From Oscillospiraceae bacterium (GTDB lineage: Bacteria; Bacillota; Clostridia; Oscillospirales; CAG-272), in assembly GCA_015064505.1 (NCBI GenBank), contig SVSB01000001.1, positions 56,826 to 120,825 on the forward strand: a stretch of DNA of 64,000 bases, read 5' to 3'. Under the pieces are notes generated by a model. It had not been told where the DNA came from. It worked only from the letters and a program-made list of their open reading frames with translations, and made no database searches. The translations under genes and the position numbers were made by a program. Below, piece after piece: positions 17,111 through 27,530 of the stretch. Position 1 is the first letter of the stretch. Each line of letters begins with the position of its first letter.

Positions 17111-18625
17111 TCATCTTTTTAACGTCAGCGCCCGTACCCCTGCAAGGCTTTCCTCGGAATCGGGATCCTCGCAAAGCTCGGCGGAAAGTCCGTTCATGCG
17201 ACAAAGCTCCGCGGGAGATACCCCTCTGCGCTTTGCTATCTGCCACAGTGAATCACCCTTTTGGGGATACACGACCGAAACGCCGAACGGCGTTTTTTCA
17301 TCCTCTGAGGGTACGGTCTTAACGGAGCACACCGTGCTCTCCGTCGCCTTTTCCGTTATTATAACGGATACGGAAAGCTCTCCCTCGGCGCTGACGCTTC
17401 CCTTCTCCGTCTTTATTCTGACGGAGGAGAGAGTTCCGCTGAGGTTTCCGTAAAGTCTGCCGCCGCCCGAGGCCACGCCTTCAAGACGAACCCTGAAGGG
17501 CATCTCTATTTTTACGGGAGCGCATTCTCCGCCCTCTCCCTGCAGGATGCAATGCAGCACGGCGTTGCCGCGCACGGCAGCCCCCGAGCCGTCTCTTTCG
17601 GGATTTTCAAAGGCGACCTCCCACCATGGAGCGCACACCCGATCAAGTCCCGCTTCCTCGCCCGTAAGCACTCTGCTTCCGTTTACGGGAACGGTAACGC
17701 TGCCGCAGTCAACGCAGGAGGTAAGCTCCGTTTTGCTTTTTTCCGCAACGGAGGGAGCGCCGCATACGAAGGCGTCCCGTGCAAGAGCCACGGAAAAAGC
17801 CGCACAGCACTCCGCCTCAACCTCCGCCACGGCGCTTACCTCGCCTCCGTTCTCATCGCCCGTGTATTCACAGGACCAACAGGAGGCAATGGGGCGGCAC
17901 AGCCAGCTTTTATCCACGTCTCCGTCAAAGCGCCTTTCAAAGGGAATACGCTTTTCATAGGTAATAAGCCCACCGTCCTCGCAGGTAACTCTCGCCCAAA
18001 GCTCGCCGCGGCAATATACCTCGCCCTGCTCACAGTGCATCTCCGTTACGCTTACGGTGCCGTCGCAGGCAAGGGGTCTTCCCTGCACCTTTATATCTCC
18101 GCCGATCTCAAATTCTCCGCCGGTGATCCTTTTGCGAAGACATACGGGGGCAGTGCTGCGCAGTATCTCCGTAAGGGGAGGCGCATCACACGGGGGAACT
18201 GCGGAATCGGAAAGCATCTGCACGCGGCTTTTAAGCCTTGTGCGGAACTGAAGCCTGCGTGGAGCAAGGGGGCGGCACATAACGCTATCCGCCACCGTGT
18301 CCGCAAATACCGCGATCTCCCTGTCTCCGTTATTGCAAGGCACGGCAAACTCGTAATCGGAAGACAGAGAAACGCATCCCGTCTCCCCCTCCGTGCCTCT
18401 GTAAATAAGTCCGTAGACCACACTTCCCGCAAATTCCGCCCTGCCGCCGCCAACGTATTTTCCCGCAGGGAGCACCCTTGCGGTAACGCGCAGTATCTTT
18501 TTTATTTCCGGCTCGTATTCGGGCAAGGTAAACTCCTCGGAGATATCGCAAAATACCGCATCTCCGAAAAGATCCTCAGTAAACGTTCTTCCTTCAGACG
18601 GCACAGCGCTCTGTTTTTCTGCCAT
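17111..18625 (-). CDS. SPOCS (DUF3794) + C-terminal LysM spore coat morphogenetic protein (SipL/SpoVID-like)
   Basis: LPEYEPEIKKIL N-terminal motif; C-terminal LysM GDSLWQIAKR..SPAELCRMNGL. Confidence 0.78.
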   Translation of the reverse strand: MAEKQSAVPSEGRTFTEDLFGDAVFCDISEEFTLPEYEPEIKKILRVTARVLPAGKYVGGGRAEFAGSVVYGLIYRGTEGETGCVSLSSDYEFAVPCNNGDREIAVFADTVADSVMCRPLAPRRLQFRTRLKSRVQMLSDSAVPPCDAPPLTEILRSTAPVCLRKRITGGEFEIGGDIKVQGRPLACDGTVSVTEMHCEQGEVYCRGELWARVTCEDGGLITYEKRIPFERRFDGDVDKSWLCRPIASCWSCEYTGDENGGEVSAVAEVEAECCAAFSVALARDAFVCGAPSVAEKSKTELTSCVDCGSVTVPVNGSRVLTGEEAGLDRVCAPWWEVAFENPERDGSGAAVRGNAVLHCILQGEGGECAPVKIEMPFRVRLEGVASGGGRLYGNLSGTLSSVRIKTEKGSVSAEGELSVSVIITEKATESTVCSVKTVPSEDEKTPFGVSVVYPQKGDSLWQIAKRRGVSPAELCRMNGLSAELCEDPDSEESLAGVRALTLKR

Positions 18626-18690
18626 TTTTCCTCCTTTGGGGCAGGGATTATTATGCCTTTTGCGGCGCGCCGCTGCCCTTTATCCGCTAA

Positions 18691-18718
18691 AATATATGCT
18701 CCCGCAAAGAAAATTATC
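18691..18718 (-). promoter_or_regulatory. Putative sigmaE (mother-cell) promoter
   Basis: Minus strand gATA-16 nt-CATATATT upstream of a coat-assembly gene. Confidence 0.5.
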
Positions 18719-18945
18719 ACTCATCTTTCCCTTAAAATAATCTTTTATAAACATTCCCTAAAAATAAACCCGAAGCTTTTTTCGCCCCCCAAAAAGCTTT
18801 TACAAAAAATCCGCAGGCTTTTATAAAAAGCATCCCGATTTCAGCCTCTTTTTGCCTTATCGGCCCTTTATTTATCAAGGTTTTCCGCCTCATTTCTCTA
18901 AAATAAATATTCGCTTCCCGAAAGCACACCAAAGTAAAATAATTA

Positions 18946-18986
18946 TTGACATAAATGTATATTTGCGATAAAATGTATGTGTATAA
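18946..18986 (+). promoter_or_regulatory. SigmaA promoter of the catabolic operon with overlapping AAATGTAT repeats
   Basis: TTGACA-17-TAAAAT; AAATGTAT occurs in the spacer and again at the -10 box. Confidence 0.65.
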
Positions 18987-19045
18987 AATTCGCTAAAAAT
19001 AAACAAGAAATCAAAAAACGAAATCAATACAAAAGGAGAACACAA

Positions 19046-20080
19046 ATGAAAAAAGTAGTTACCTTTGGCGAGCTTATGCTCAGAATCACCCCTCCCGGCA
19101 GAGAGATGATCCTCCAGACCCCCAACATGGTATGCACCTTCGGCGGCGCAGAGGCTAACGTTGCCGTTGCCGTAAGCTCTTACGGTGACGAGGCAAGATA
19201 CGTTACCGCTCTTCCCGCAAACGACCTCGGCAGAGCTGCAATTAACGAGCTTCGCCGCTTCGGCGTTGATACCTCCGCCATCAAGCTGACGGACAAGCGC
19301 CTTGGTCTTTATTTCACCGAGACCGGCTCCAACATGCGCCCCTCCAAGGTCATCTACGACCGTGACAATACCGCTATTGCCGCAGTTAAGCCCGGCGACT
19401 TCGATTGGGATACCATTCTTGCAGACGCAGACTGGTTCCACGTTACCGGTATCACTCCCGCTCTTTCCGAGAGCCTTTGCGAGGCTACCCTTGAGGCACT
19501 GAAGAAGTGCAAGGAGAAGGGTATCACCGTTTCCTGCGACCTTAACTACCGCAAGAAGCTGTGGAAGTGGGGCAAGGAGCCCATTGAGGTTATGCCCGAG
19601 ATCGCAAAGTATATCGACGTTATGATCGCAAACGAGGAGGACTGCCAGAAGTGCCTCGGCATCGAGCTTGAGACCGGCGTTGACTCCGGCAAGCTTAACA
19701 CCGATATGTACAAGGATCTTGCAAAGATCGTTATGGATACCTACCCCAACGTTAAGGCACTTGCAGTAAGCCTCCGCGAGAGCATCAGCGCAGACCACAA
19801 CAACTGGTCCGGCGTTCTTGCCATCCGTGACGGCGGATTCTATCAGAGCCGCAAGTACAGCATCACCAACATCGTTGACCGTATCGGCGGCGGCGACAGC
19901 TTCGGCGGTTCTCTTATCTACGGCTTCCGCAACTTTGATAACGACTACCAGAAGATCATCGAGTACGCTATCGGCGGTTCCGCTCTCAAGCACACCGTAT
20001 ACGGCGACTACGTTCGCTTCACCAAGGAAGACGTTCTCAACCTCATCGCAGGCAGCGGCAACGGCCGTATCCAGAGATAA
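19046..20080 (+). CDS. kdgK: 2-keto-3-deoxygluconate kinase (PfkB family)
   Basis: FGELMLR, GGAEANVA, GITPALS, DLNYRKKLW, IVDRIGGGDSF; AAGGAG RBS. Confidence 0.85.
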   Translation: MKKVVTFGELMLRITPPGREMILQTPNMVCTFGGAEANVAVAVSSYGDEARYVTALPANDLGRAAINELRRFGVDTSAIKLTDKRLGLYFTETGSNMRPSKVIYDRDNTAIAAVKPGDFDWDTILADADWFHVTGITPALSESLCEATLEALKKCKEKGITVSCDLNYRKKLWKWGKEPIEVMPEIAKYIDVMIANEEDCQKCLGIELETGVDSGKLNTDMYKDLAKIVMDTYPNVKALAVSLRESISADHNNWSGVLAIRDGGFYQSRKYSITNIVDRIGGGDSFGGSLIYGFRNFDNDYQKIIEYAIGGSALKHTVYGDYVRFTKEDVLNLIAGSGNGRIQR

Positions 20081-20092
20081 GGAGCAACAAAA

Positions 20093-20755
20093 ATGGAAAT
20101 TCAGAGAATCAAAGTTATTGAGAATATGCACAAGAACGGTCTCGTAGGTATCGTACGCGATAACAACGAGGCTGACGCAATGACCCGTACCCGCGCTATC
20201 CGCGACGGTGGCTGCTCCATCCTTGAGATATCCATGAGCACCCCCGGTGCGCTCAACATCATCGAGACCGTTGCCAAGGAGATCAAGGAAAAGAATCTTG
20301 ATTCTTACGTTGGCGCAGGTACCGTTCTTGACGTTGAGACCGCACGTGCCTGCATCCTTGCGGGCGCAAGCTTCATCATCGCCCCCAACTTCAAGCCCGA
20401 GGTTGCTCTTCTCTGCAACCGTTACAGCGTTGTATACATGCCCGGCGTTCAGACTCTTACCGAGATCGTAAACGCTATGGAGTACGGCTGCGACGTGGTT
20501 AAGGCGTTCCCCGCTACCGCAGTTGGCGGCATCGGCTTCATCAAGGCAGTTATGGGTCCCCTTCCCCACGCCCGTCTGGTTCCCGTTGGCGGCGTAAATA
20601 TCAACAACATTCAGGATTGGTTCAACGACGGCGCATACGCCGTTGCTCTCGGCACCGGTCTTACCCACCCCACCAAGGGTACCTGCGACTACGAGGAGAT
20701 CAAGGCTCACACCGAGCGCGTAGTTGAGACCGTTAAGAACTGCAAGAGAAAATGA
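20093..20755 (+). CDS. eda: KDPG/KHG aldolase
   Basis: LEIS, VGAGTVLD, PG..T..EI, VKAFPA (Schiff-base Lys), PVGGV. Confidence 0.88.
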   Translation: MEIQRIKVIENMHKNGLVGIVRDNNEADAMTRTRAIRDGGCSILEISMSTPGALNIIETVAKEIKEKNLDSYVGAGTVLDVETARACILAGASFIIAPNFKPEVALLCNRYSVVYMPGVQTLTEIVNAMEYGCDVVKAFPATAVGGIGFIKAVMGPLPHARLVPVGGVNINNIQDWFNDGAYAVALGTGLTHPTKGTCDYEEIKAHTERVVETVKNCKRK

Positions 20756-21639
20756 GTGCGCGTTTTGAAAGGGTAAGCGGAGACGTTTACGTTCTCCGCG
20801 TCCCCTTCGGTTGCGTTTGGACGTCCGTTATTTTAGTGGGCGACAAAAAAGGCGATTGCGTTCTTATAGACTCCGCAAACTGCGGCGAGAGAGTGGACGA
20901 CACTCTCATCCCCGCCCTTTCGGAGCTGGGGCTTTCTTTGGAGGACGCAAAATACCTGCTTTGCACCCACACACACGGCGACCACGTGGGCGGACACAAG
21001 CGCATAAAGGAGCTTTCACCTAAGACTGCGGCTCTTTGCACCGAGGAGCAGCTTCCCAAGTTAAGGGATCCGTTGAAATACTCAAAGCTTATCCGTTCCG
21101 TATTTCCCGAGTACAGCCCCGAGGCACCCGCAGGACTTTGCGGCACCGAGCCCGACGGCATCCTGAAGGACGGAGAAACGGTACATAACAGGCTTAAGCT
21201 GATAAAGACCCCCGGACACGACAGCGACGCGGTATGCTTTTTCGATACCGTAACGAAGACCGTTATCTGCGGTGACAGCCTGCAGGCAAACGGCACGGAA
21301 AGTCAGGGCATCGGTCTTTATATGGAGCTTGCCCCCTACGAAAAGAGCATTGCGGACATTAAGGCGCTGGGCGCAACCAATCTTATTCTCAGCCACGGCT
21401 ACGACCCAATAGGCGATATCGCTCTCGGAGAAAAGGCCGTTGAGGACTGCATCGCGGTCTGCGAGAACGCAGTCAGCACTTACCACTCCGTGATCGAAAG
21501 ATGCGCAAGGGAGGGGCTGGATGCACCGGAGATCGCAAGGGTGCTTACCCGTGAGGTAAACGCGGTGCTTCCCGAATATCTGTTCCTTCCCCTCTACACG
21601 GTCACAGCCCATTTAAACGAGATAAAAAATAAATCATAA
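20752..21639 (+). CDS. Metallo-beta-lactamase-fold hydrolase (possible lactonase)
   Basis: LID, THTHGDHVGG, TPGH, GD, SHG; ATGA overlap with eda. Confidence 0.85.
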   Translation: MSARFERVSGDVYVLRVPFGCVWTSVILVGDKKGDCVLIDSANCGERVDDTLIPALSELGLSLEDAKYLLCTHTHGDHVGGHKRIKELSPKTAALCTEEQLPKLRDPLKYSKLIRSVFPEYSPEAPAGLCGTEPDGILKDGETVHNRLKLIKTPGHDSDAVCFFDTVTKTVICGDSLQANGTESQGIGLYMELAPYEKSIADIKALGATNLILSHGYDPIGDIALGEKAVEDCIAVCENAVSTYHSVIERCAREGLDAPEIARVLTREVNAVLPEYLFLPLYTVTAHLNEIKNKS

Positions 21640-21663
21640 AGTCAAACGACAAAAGGAGAAACC

Positions 21664-22545
21664 ATGAGTAAGAACGTTCTTATTACCGGCTCTTCCAACG
21701 GCATCGGCGCAGCCGCTGCCATCGCATTCGCAAAGGAAGGTTACAACGTTGGCGTAACCTACAACACCAATCCCGACGGCGCTATGAAGATCGCAGCTAA
21801 GTGCGAGAAGTACGGCGTTCAGACCATCGTCCTCGGCGGTAACGTAGGCGAGCACGACGTATGCAAGAAGATGATGGAGGACTTCCTTGCCAAGTTCGGC
21901 ACCATCGACGTGCTTATCAACAATGCAGGCGGCGCTCTCAAGATGCCTCTCGGCGGCTTTGAGAAGATGCCCATGGATTACTGGGATTCCCAGATCAATC
22001 TCAATCTCAACGCTGCAGCATACCTCTCCCACTACGCTATGATCAATATGATCGAGAACAAGATCGAGGGTGCTATTATCAACGTAAGCTCCGTTCACGG
22101 TACCATTCCGTGGGTAAGAAGAAAGACCCTTCCCTACGCAGCTGCAAAGGCAGGTCTTAACATGTTCACCAAGAACCTCGGTATCGAGGCTATCCACTAC
22201 GGCATCAACGTAAACGGTATCGCTCCCGGCTTTATCACCACCAAGGCTACCGACAGATACGACGAGTCCGATCTCCGCGACGGCTTCCTCCGCAAGATCC
22301 CCGCAGGCTTCCTTGGCAACGTAGACGACATCACCCCCATGATGCTCTTCCTTGCCGATAAGAGCAAGAGCCGCTTCATCGTTGGTCAGACCTTCGTTAT
22401 CGACGGCGGTCAGTCCGTTGACGGATGCATCGACAAGATGCTTGACGACGGCAACCCCGTCAACGCATACGATATCAAGCCCGACGTAAGCAAGGCTATC
22501 AAGCCCTCTCTTGAGGAGCTTGCAGAGATGACCCTCAACAAGTAA
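21664..22545 (+). CDS. SDR family oxidoreductase
   Basis: TGSSNGIG, NNAG, SS, YAAAK, PG, GQTFVIDGG. Confidence 0.92.
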   Translation: MSKNVLITGSSNGIGAAAAIAFAKEGYNVGVTYNTNPDGAMKIAAKCEKYGVQTIVLGGNVGEHDVCKKMMEDFLAKFGTIDVLINNAGGALKMPLGGFEKMPMDYWDSQINLNLNAAAYLSHYAMINMIENKIEGAIINVSSVHGTIPWVRRKTLPYAAAKAGLNMFTKNLGIEAIHYGINVNGIAPGFITTKATDRYDESDLRDGFLRKIPAGFLGNVDDITPMMLFLADKSKSRFIVGQTFVIDGGQSVDGCIDKMLDDGNPVNAYDIKPDVSKAIKPSLEELAEMTLNK

Positions 22546-22622
22546 GCTACCCCTCCGCCGATGGCGGTCAAAAAAATAAATAAATCAACATATTCATATT
22601 TCTAAAAGTGAGGTAAAAAACA

Positions 22623-24311
22623 ATGCTTAAGAAGAAAAAGTATGAAGACATGAGATCCTGCTGGGAGTTCGGCGAAGCTGAAGAGTGCCGCCGCGGCCTT
22701 ATGCTCGGTATGGGTTACACCGAGGAGGAGATCCACCGTCCCCTTATCGGTATCGTAAACTCCTGGAACGAGTACAACCCCGGCCACGTACACCTTGACA
22801 AGCTGGCTCAGAGAGTTAAGCAGGGCGTTCGCGAGGCAGGCGGTCTTCCCCTTGAGGTTATGACCACCGGTATCTGCGACGGTATGGTACTTAAGGATCC
22901 CAAGTACATAGAGGTTCCTTCCCGTAACTCCATTGCTGACCAGGTTGAGATCTCCGTTGAGGGTAACTTCTTCGACGCTATGGTTATGCTCTGCACCTGC
23001 GACTCCATCGTTCCCGGTTATCTGATGGCTGCTGCACGTCTTGACATTCCTACCATCATCGTTACCGGCGGTTATATGCCTCTCGGTATCAACCGCGGTA
23101 AGGAAGTTCTCCACATTCACGCACAGGATAAGGTTGGTACCGCTCAGAAGGGTCTTATGGACATGGACGAGTACAACGATCTTATCGCTCACAGCTGGGG
23201 CATCTGCGGCGGATGCACTTCCATGACCACCGCTAACTCCATGTGCATGATCGCCGAGGCTCTCGGTATGACTCTTCCCAACAACTCCTCCATGTGCGCT
23301 GCAGGCTCTGCTATCTACAAGTGCGCGTACGAGGCAGGTCTCCAGATCATGAACCTTCTCGACGAGGGCATCACTGCACGTCAGATCATGAGCGTTGAGG
23401 CTATCAAGAACGCTATCAAGCTTGATATGGCTGTTGCCGCTTCCTCCAACCTCATTCTCCACATCCCCGCTATCGCTCACGAGTGCGGCTACACCGATAT
23501 TCCTTGGTGGAAGTACTTCGACGAGGCTTCAAACGACATTCCTCTTCTCTCCCACCTCGCTCCCTCCGGTATGTACAACGTTAAGGACTTCGACATGGCA
23601 GGCGGTATGACTGCTATGCTCAAGAACCTCCTTCCCAAGCTGGACGGCAACGTTATGACTGTTACCGGTAAGACCCTTGCAGAGAACGTTAAGGATGCAA
23701 GAGTTTGGAACGACGACGTTATCCGCAGCCTTGACAACCCCGTTATGACCGAGCCCGGTATCGGCGTTCTCTACGGTTCTCTCGCACCCGAGGGAGCTAT
23801 CATCAAGATCGCCGCTGTTCCCCAGAACCTTATGACCGGATACAAGGGCAAGGCAAGAGTATTCGATAACCTTGACGATGCTCTTACCGCTCTCCGCACC
23901 GGCAAGATCAACGAGGGCGACGCTTGCGTTATCCGTTACCTCGGCCTTAAGGCTCGTTTCGGTACCACCGCATTCACCTTCCAGGAAGAGCTTAAGGGTC
24001 ATCCCGGTCTCTTCACCTCCTGCGCAGTTATTACCGACGGCCGCTTCTCCGGCGGTTCCTCCGGACTTTCCGTTGGTTACGTTTCTCCCGAGGCAGCTCT
24101 CGGCGGACCTCTCGGCATCGTAGAGGAAGGCGATATGATCGAGATCGACGTTCTCGGCAGAAGAATCGACCTCTGCATCTCCGAGGAGGAGAAGGCAGCT
24201 CGTCTTGCAAAGTTCCACTTCGAGTTCCCCGCAAACAACTACCCCAGATTCCTCAACCTGTTCGTAAAGAACGTAGGCTCCATGGCAGCCGGCGGTATTT
24301 GGGAAGTTTAA
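22623..24311 (+). CDS. IlvD/Edd family dihydroxy-acid (probably sugar-acid) dehydratase
   Basis: NPGHVHL, ICDG, CTCD, GGCTSMTTANSM, GSLAPEGA, ITDGRFSG, SPEAA. Confidence 0.9.
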   Translation: MLKKKKYEDMRSCWEFGEAEECRRGLMLGMGYTEEEIHRPLIGIVNSWNEYNPGHVHLDKLAQRVKQGVREAGGLPLEVMTTGICDGMVLKDPKYIEVPSRNSIADQVEISVEGNFFDAMVMLCTCDSIVPGYLMAAARLDIPTIIVTGGYMPLGINRGKEVLHIHAQDKVGTAQKGLMDMDEYNDLIAHSWGICGGCTSMTTANSMCMIAEALGMTLPNNSSMCAAGSAIYKCAYEAGLQIMNLLDEGITARQIMSVEAIKNAIKLDMAVAASSNLILHIPAIAHECGYTDIPWWKYFDEASNDIPLLSHLAPSGMYNVKDFDMAGGMTAMLKNLLPKLDGNVMTVTGKTLAENVKDARVWNDDVIRSLDNPVMTEPGIGVLYGSLAPEGAIIKIAAVPQNLMTGYKGKARVFDNLDDALTALRTGKINEGDACVIRYLGLKARFGTTAFTFQEELKGHPGLFTSCAVITDGRFSGGSSGLSVGYVSPEAALGGPLGIVEEGDMIEIDVLGRRIDLCISEEEKAARLAKFHFEFPANNYPRFLNLFVKNVGSMAAGGIWEV

Positions 24312-24315
24312 TAAA

Positions 24316-25959
24316 ATGCCGAAAAATATCAACATTCAAACTTTTGATGCGCTCGTCATCGGGTCCGGAATCTCCGGACTCGTGGCGGCGCGCCGCTTGG
24401 CTGAGACCAAGGGCCGCAGCATAGCCATTCTCGGCACGGGCGTCGGCGCTTCTCCCTACGTGCACGGCTTCAATATGCCCCTGCACCCGGAGGATTCCGT
24501 TGACCTCTTCCTCAAGGATACCCTCGTGAGCGGTCGCGGACAGTGCGACGTGCCTCTGGCTACCACTCTTTGCAGCAAGGCGCCCGAGCTTATTCCCGTT
24601 CTTAAGGAGCTTGGAATAGAGTTCGACCGCAATGCAGACGGCAGCTACTCTCTGCTCCGTCCTCTCGGCGCAAGCGTGCCCAGAGTTGCAAGTGCCGGCA
24701 ATCACACCGGTGTTGCGATCATGAACGCCATCAAGCGCGAGCTTGAGGCTAACCCCACAGTATACTTTATGGAAAACACCCGTGCTCTCCGTCTTCTCAA
24801 GAAGGACGACAGAGTTATCGGCGCAGTGGTTGCCGATTATACTAACGAAGTGTTCTCCGCTTACGTTGCCGACGTAGTAGTCCTTGCCTGCGGCGGCTTC
24901 TGCAATATTTATCCCTTCTCCACCAACTCCAAGGATATCGGAGGCGACGGCGTTGCAATGGCGTATTACGCGGGCGCAGAGCTTACCGATATGGAATTTA
25001 TTCAGTTTGAGCCCAGTGCCGCAGTTGCCCCCCAGGAGCTGCGCGGCAAGAGCGTTATCACCACCATGTATTTTGAGGGCGCAGTTCTCAAGAACGCAAA
25101 GGGCGAGCGCTTTATGCTGAATTATTCCGAGGATGCGGAATGCGTTAACAAGGACGTTCAGGCGCGTTGCATATTCCGCGAGATCGCGGAGGGCAGAGGC
25201 ACCGAAAACGGCGGAGTGTTCTTTGACGCTACGGGCGTTGGCAGAGAGAAGCTTGACACTCTCTACCCCTCCTACGTTAAGCGCTACGCGGACGTGGGCA
25301 TAGATATTGCCACCACCCCCTTTGAGATAGCACCCGCTCCCCACACCTCTCTCGGCGGCGTTGTTATAAACAGCGATTGCTCCGTAAAGGGGCTTCGCGG
25401 TCTTTACGCCTGCGGCGAGGCTGTCGGCGGAATCCACGGCGCCAACCGCGTCGGCGGTAACGCGGGTCTTGAGATACTCGTATTCGGTAATATCGCAGGA
25501 GAAAGCGCCTGCGAGTTTTTGAATGACAACGCACAGGACGCATACGTGCCCTGCATGGATCAGGCAAACGCCATCGTGAACCGCGAGGGTATCCCTCCCG
25601 TTCCCGGCAGAGCTGACGCCATCCGCGCAGAGCTCGGCAAGATCCTTTCCGAGGACCTGAACGTGCTCCGTAACGGTGCGGCTATCGAAAAGGCGATCGC
25701 AAAGCTGAACGAGCTTCTTCTGGAGGTTCGCGGTCTTACCACCGCTATTCCCTTCTTCGGCATCGTAAAGCTTCTCCGTCTGGAGAACGATCTCATTGCC
25801 GCTCTGGCACTTGCTCATTCCGCATATCTGCGCAACGAAAGCTGCGGCTGTCACGTGCGTACCGACTGCCCCGATGCGGATCCCGAATCCGCGAAGTACC
25901 GCACCGTCGTATCCTGCGGCGAGGACGGCACCATGAAGGCAGATCGCAAAAACATCTAA
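24316..25959 (+). CDS. FAD-dependent oxidoreductase, L-aspartate oxidase/SdhA flavoprotein family
   Basis: GSGISG, LACGG, GDG, DMEFIQFEP, HTSLGG, GEAVGGIHGANRVGGN, ESCGCHVRTD. Confidence 0.88.
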   Translation: MPKNINIQTFDALVIGSGISGLVAARRLAETKGRSIAILGTGVGASPYVHGFNMPLHPEDSVDLFLKDTLVSGRGQCDVPLATTLCSKAPELIPVLKELGIEFDRNADGSYSLLRPLGASVPRVASAGNHTGVAIMNAIKRELEANPTVYFMENTRALRLLKKDDRVIGAVVADYTNEVFSAYVADVVVLACGGFCNIYPFSTNSKDIGGDGVAMAYYAGAELTDMEFIQFEPSAAVAPQELRGKSVITTMYFEGAVLKNAKGERFMLNYSEDAECVNKDVQARCIFREIAEGRGTENGGVFFDATGVGREKLDTLYPSYVKRYADVGIDIATTPFEIAPAPHTSLGGVVINSDCSVKGLRGLYACGEAVGGIHGANRVGGNAGLEILVFGNIAGESACEFLNDNAQDAYVPCMDQANAIVNREGIPPVPGRADAIRAELGKILSEDLNVLRNGAAIEKAIAKLNELLLEVRGLTTAIPFFGIVKLLRLENDLIAALALAHSAYLRNESCGCHVRTDCPDADPESAKYRTVVSCGEDGTMKADRKNI

Positions 25960-25978
25960 TTCAAACAAGAGGAACGAT

Positions 25979-27517
25979 ATGAAAAAGATTCAACTTAAGA
26001 AAAACCGTTACGTTGACTCCGTTTCCCTTATGGGTATCGGCGACAAGGTAACGGCTCTCGGAGGCATTGAAAACTCCGAGGTTGCAATGTGCACCCCCGC
26101 AAATATCGAGGTTCTTGTTGAGCTGGGTTACACCATCCCCGAGGATGCAACTCCCAACGACCTTATCCTTGCCTGCACCGCAGACACCGAGGAGAAGCTG
26201 GCAGAGGCATTCCAGCTGATGATGGATATCATCGACCACAAGAACGTCGGCGAAGAGGGCGCAAACGTATATAAGTCCCTTTCCGAGATCGACCTCCGCG
26301 AGGACGGCTACGATCTCGCCCAGATCTCTCTCCCCGGCGAGTACGCTGCAGCTGAGGCTAAGCGCGCACTTGCCATGGGTCTTGACGTATTCATCTTCTC
26401 CGATAACGTAAGCCTTGAGGAGGAGCTTGAGGTCAAGCAGTTCGGCGCAGAGCGCGGCCGCCTCGTTATGGGCCCCGACTGCGGCGTTGGTCTTATCAAG
26501 GGAGTTGCGCTTGCCGCAGGCTCCATCGTTCGTCCCGGCCCCGTAGGCATCGTAGCCGCTTCCGGCTCCGGCGCTCAGGAGGTTGCCTGCCTCGTTGAAA
26601 AATGCGGTCTCGGCGTTTCCTCCATCATCGGTACCGGCGGACACGACCTTCTTCCCCAGATCGGCGGTATCACTATGCTTGCAGGCATGAAGCGCCTGGA
26701 GGCTGATCCCGATACTCAGGTTATCGTGCTTGTTTCCAAGCTTGCTGACCTTACCGTTATGGCAAAGATCTTAAACGAGGCAGACAACCTCCGCAAGCCC
26801 GTTGTTGCCATGTTCCTTGGCAGTGACGAGAGCCTCTTTGCAGGTCACAAGGTTCACGCAACCTTCACTCTCCAGGATGCGGCTACCAAGGCAGTAGAGC
26901 TTGCCACCGGCAAGGCTACCACCCTCGGCTTTACCGACAAGGAGATCGAAGAGATCGTTGCCCGCGAGATCAAGAAGTACGGTCCCGAGCAGAAGTACGT
27001 TCGCGGACTCTTCTCCGGCGGTACCTTCACCGAGGAAGGCATGATCTACTACACCCAGAACAACAAGGGCGTTAAGCTCTACTCCAACCTTAAGACCAAG
27101 TACGCAGAGCAGATCCCCGACCACGACGTAAGCGTTGGTCACTGCATTCTTGACCTTGGTGCAGAGGACTTCACCGCTGAGGCTCCTCACCCCATCTTTG
27201 ATCCCGCCCTCAAGCTGAAGCGCCTGAAGAAGGAGCTTGCTGATCCCAGCGTTGCAGTAGTAACCATGGACTTCATCGCAGGCCCCGGCGTTCACCTTGA
27301 TCCCGTTCGTCCCTTTGCAGAGGCTTGCAAGGCAATTCTTGAGGAGAGAAAGGGTGCCATCACCTTTATCGCAAACATTTGCGGCTCTCTCGAGGATCCC
27401 CAGGACGTTCCCGCCTGCGAGAATATGCTCCGCGATGCAGGCGTTATCGTAACCGCAAGCAACTACCAGAGCACCAAGCTTGCAAGCGCTCTTATGAATG
27501 CGCTTGAGAACAGATAA
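25979..27517 (+). CDS. fdrA: FdrA-like protein (succinyl-CoA-synthetase-alpha-like; AllF-type)
   Basis: YVDSVSLM, FIFSDNV, LVMGPDCG, GIVAASGSG, GTGG, LVSK, GLFSGGT, DLG...PHP..DP. Confidence 0.88.
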   Translation: MKKIQLKKNRYVDSVSLMGIGDKVTALGGIENSEVAMCTPANIEVLVELGYTIPEDATPNDLILACTADTEEKLAEAFQLMMDIIDHKNVGEEGANVYKSLSEIDLREDGYDLAQISLPGEYAAAEAKRALAMGLDVFIFSDNVSLEEELEVKQFGAERGRLVMGPDCGVGLIKGVALAAGSIVRPGPVGIVAASGSGAQEVACLVEKCGLGVSSIIGTGGHDLLPQIGGITMLAGMKRLEADPDTQVIVLVSKLADLTVMAKILNEADNLRKPVVAMFLGSDESLFAGHKVHATFTLQDAATKAVELATGKATTLGFTDKEIEEIVAREIKKYGPEQKYVRGLFSGGTFTEEGMIYYTQNNKGVKLYSNLKTKYAEQIPDHDVSVGHCILDLGAEDFTAEAPHPIFDPALKLKRLKKELADPSVAVVTMDFIAGPGVHLDPVRPFAEACKAILEERKGAITFIANICGSLEDPQDVPACENMLRDAGVIVTASNYQSTKLASALMNALENR

Positions 27518-27530
27518 GGGGGACAGAACA

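Noticed and set aside
18890-20710. 606-aa antisense ORF, and similar long shadow ORFs at 24253-25968, 27549-28841, 36335-37837 and 60483-61871
   Set aside because: They lie opposite well-supported genes, lack RBS and motifs, and are expected from strong codon bias on the coding strand.
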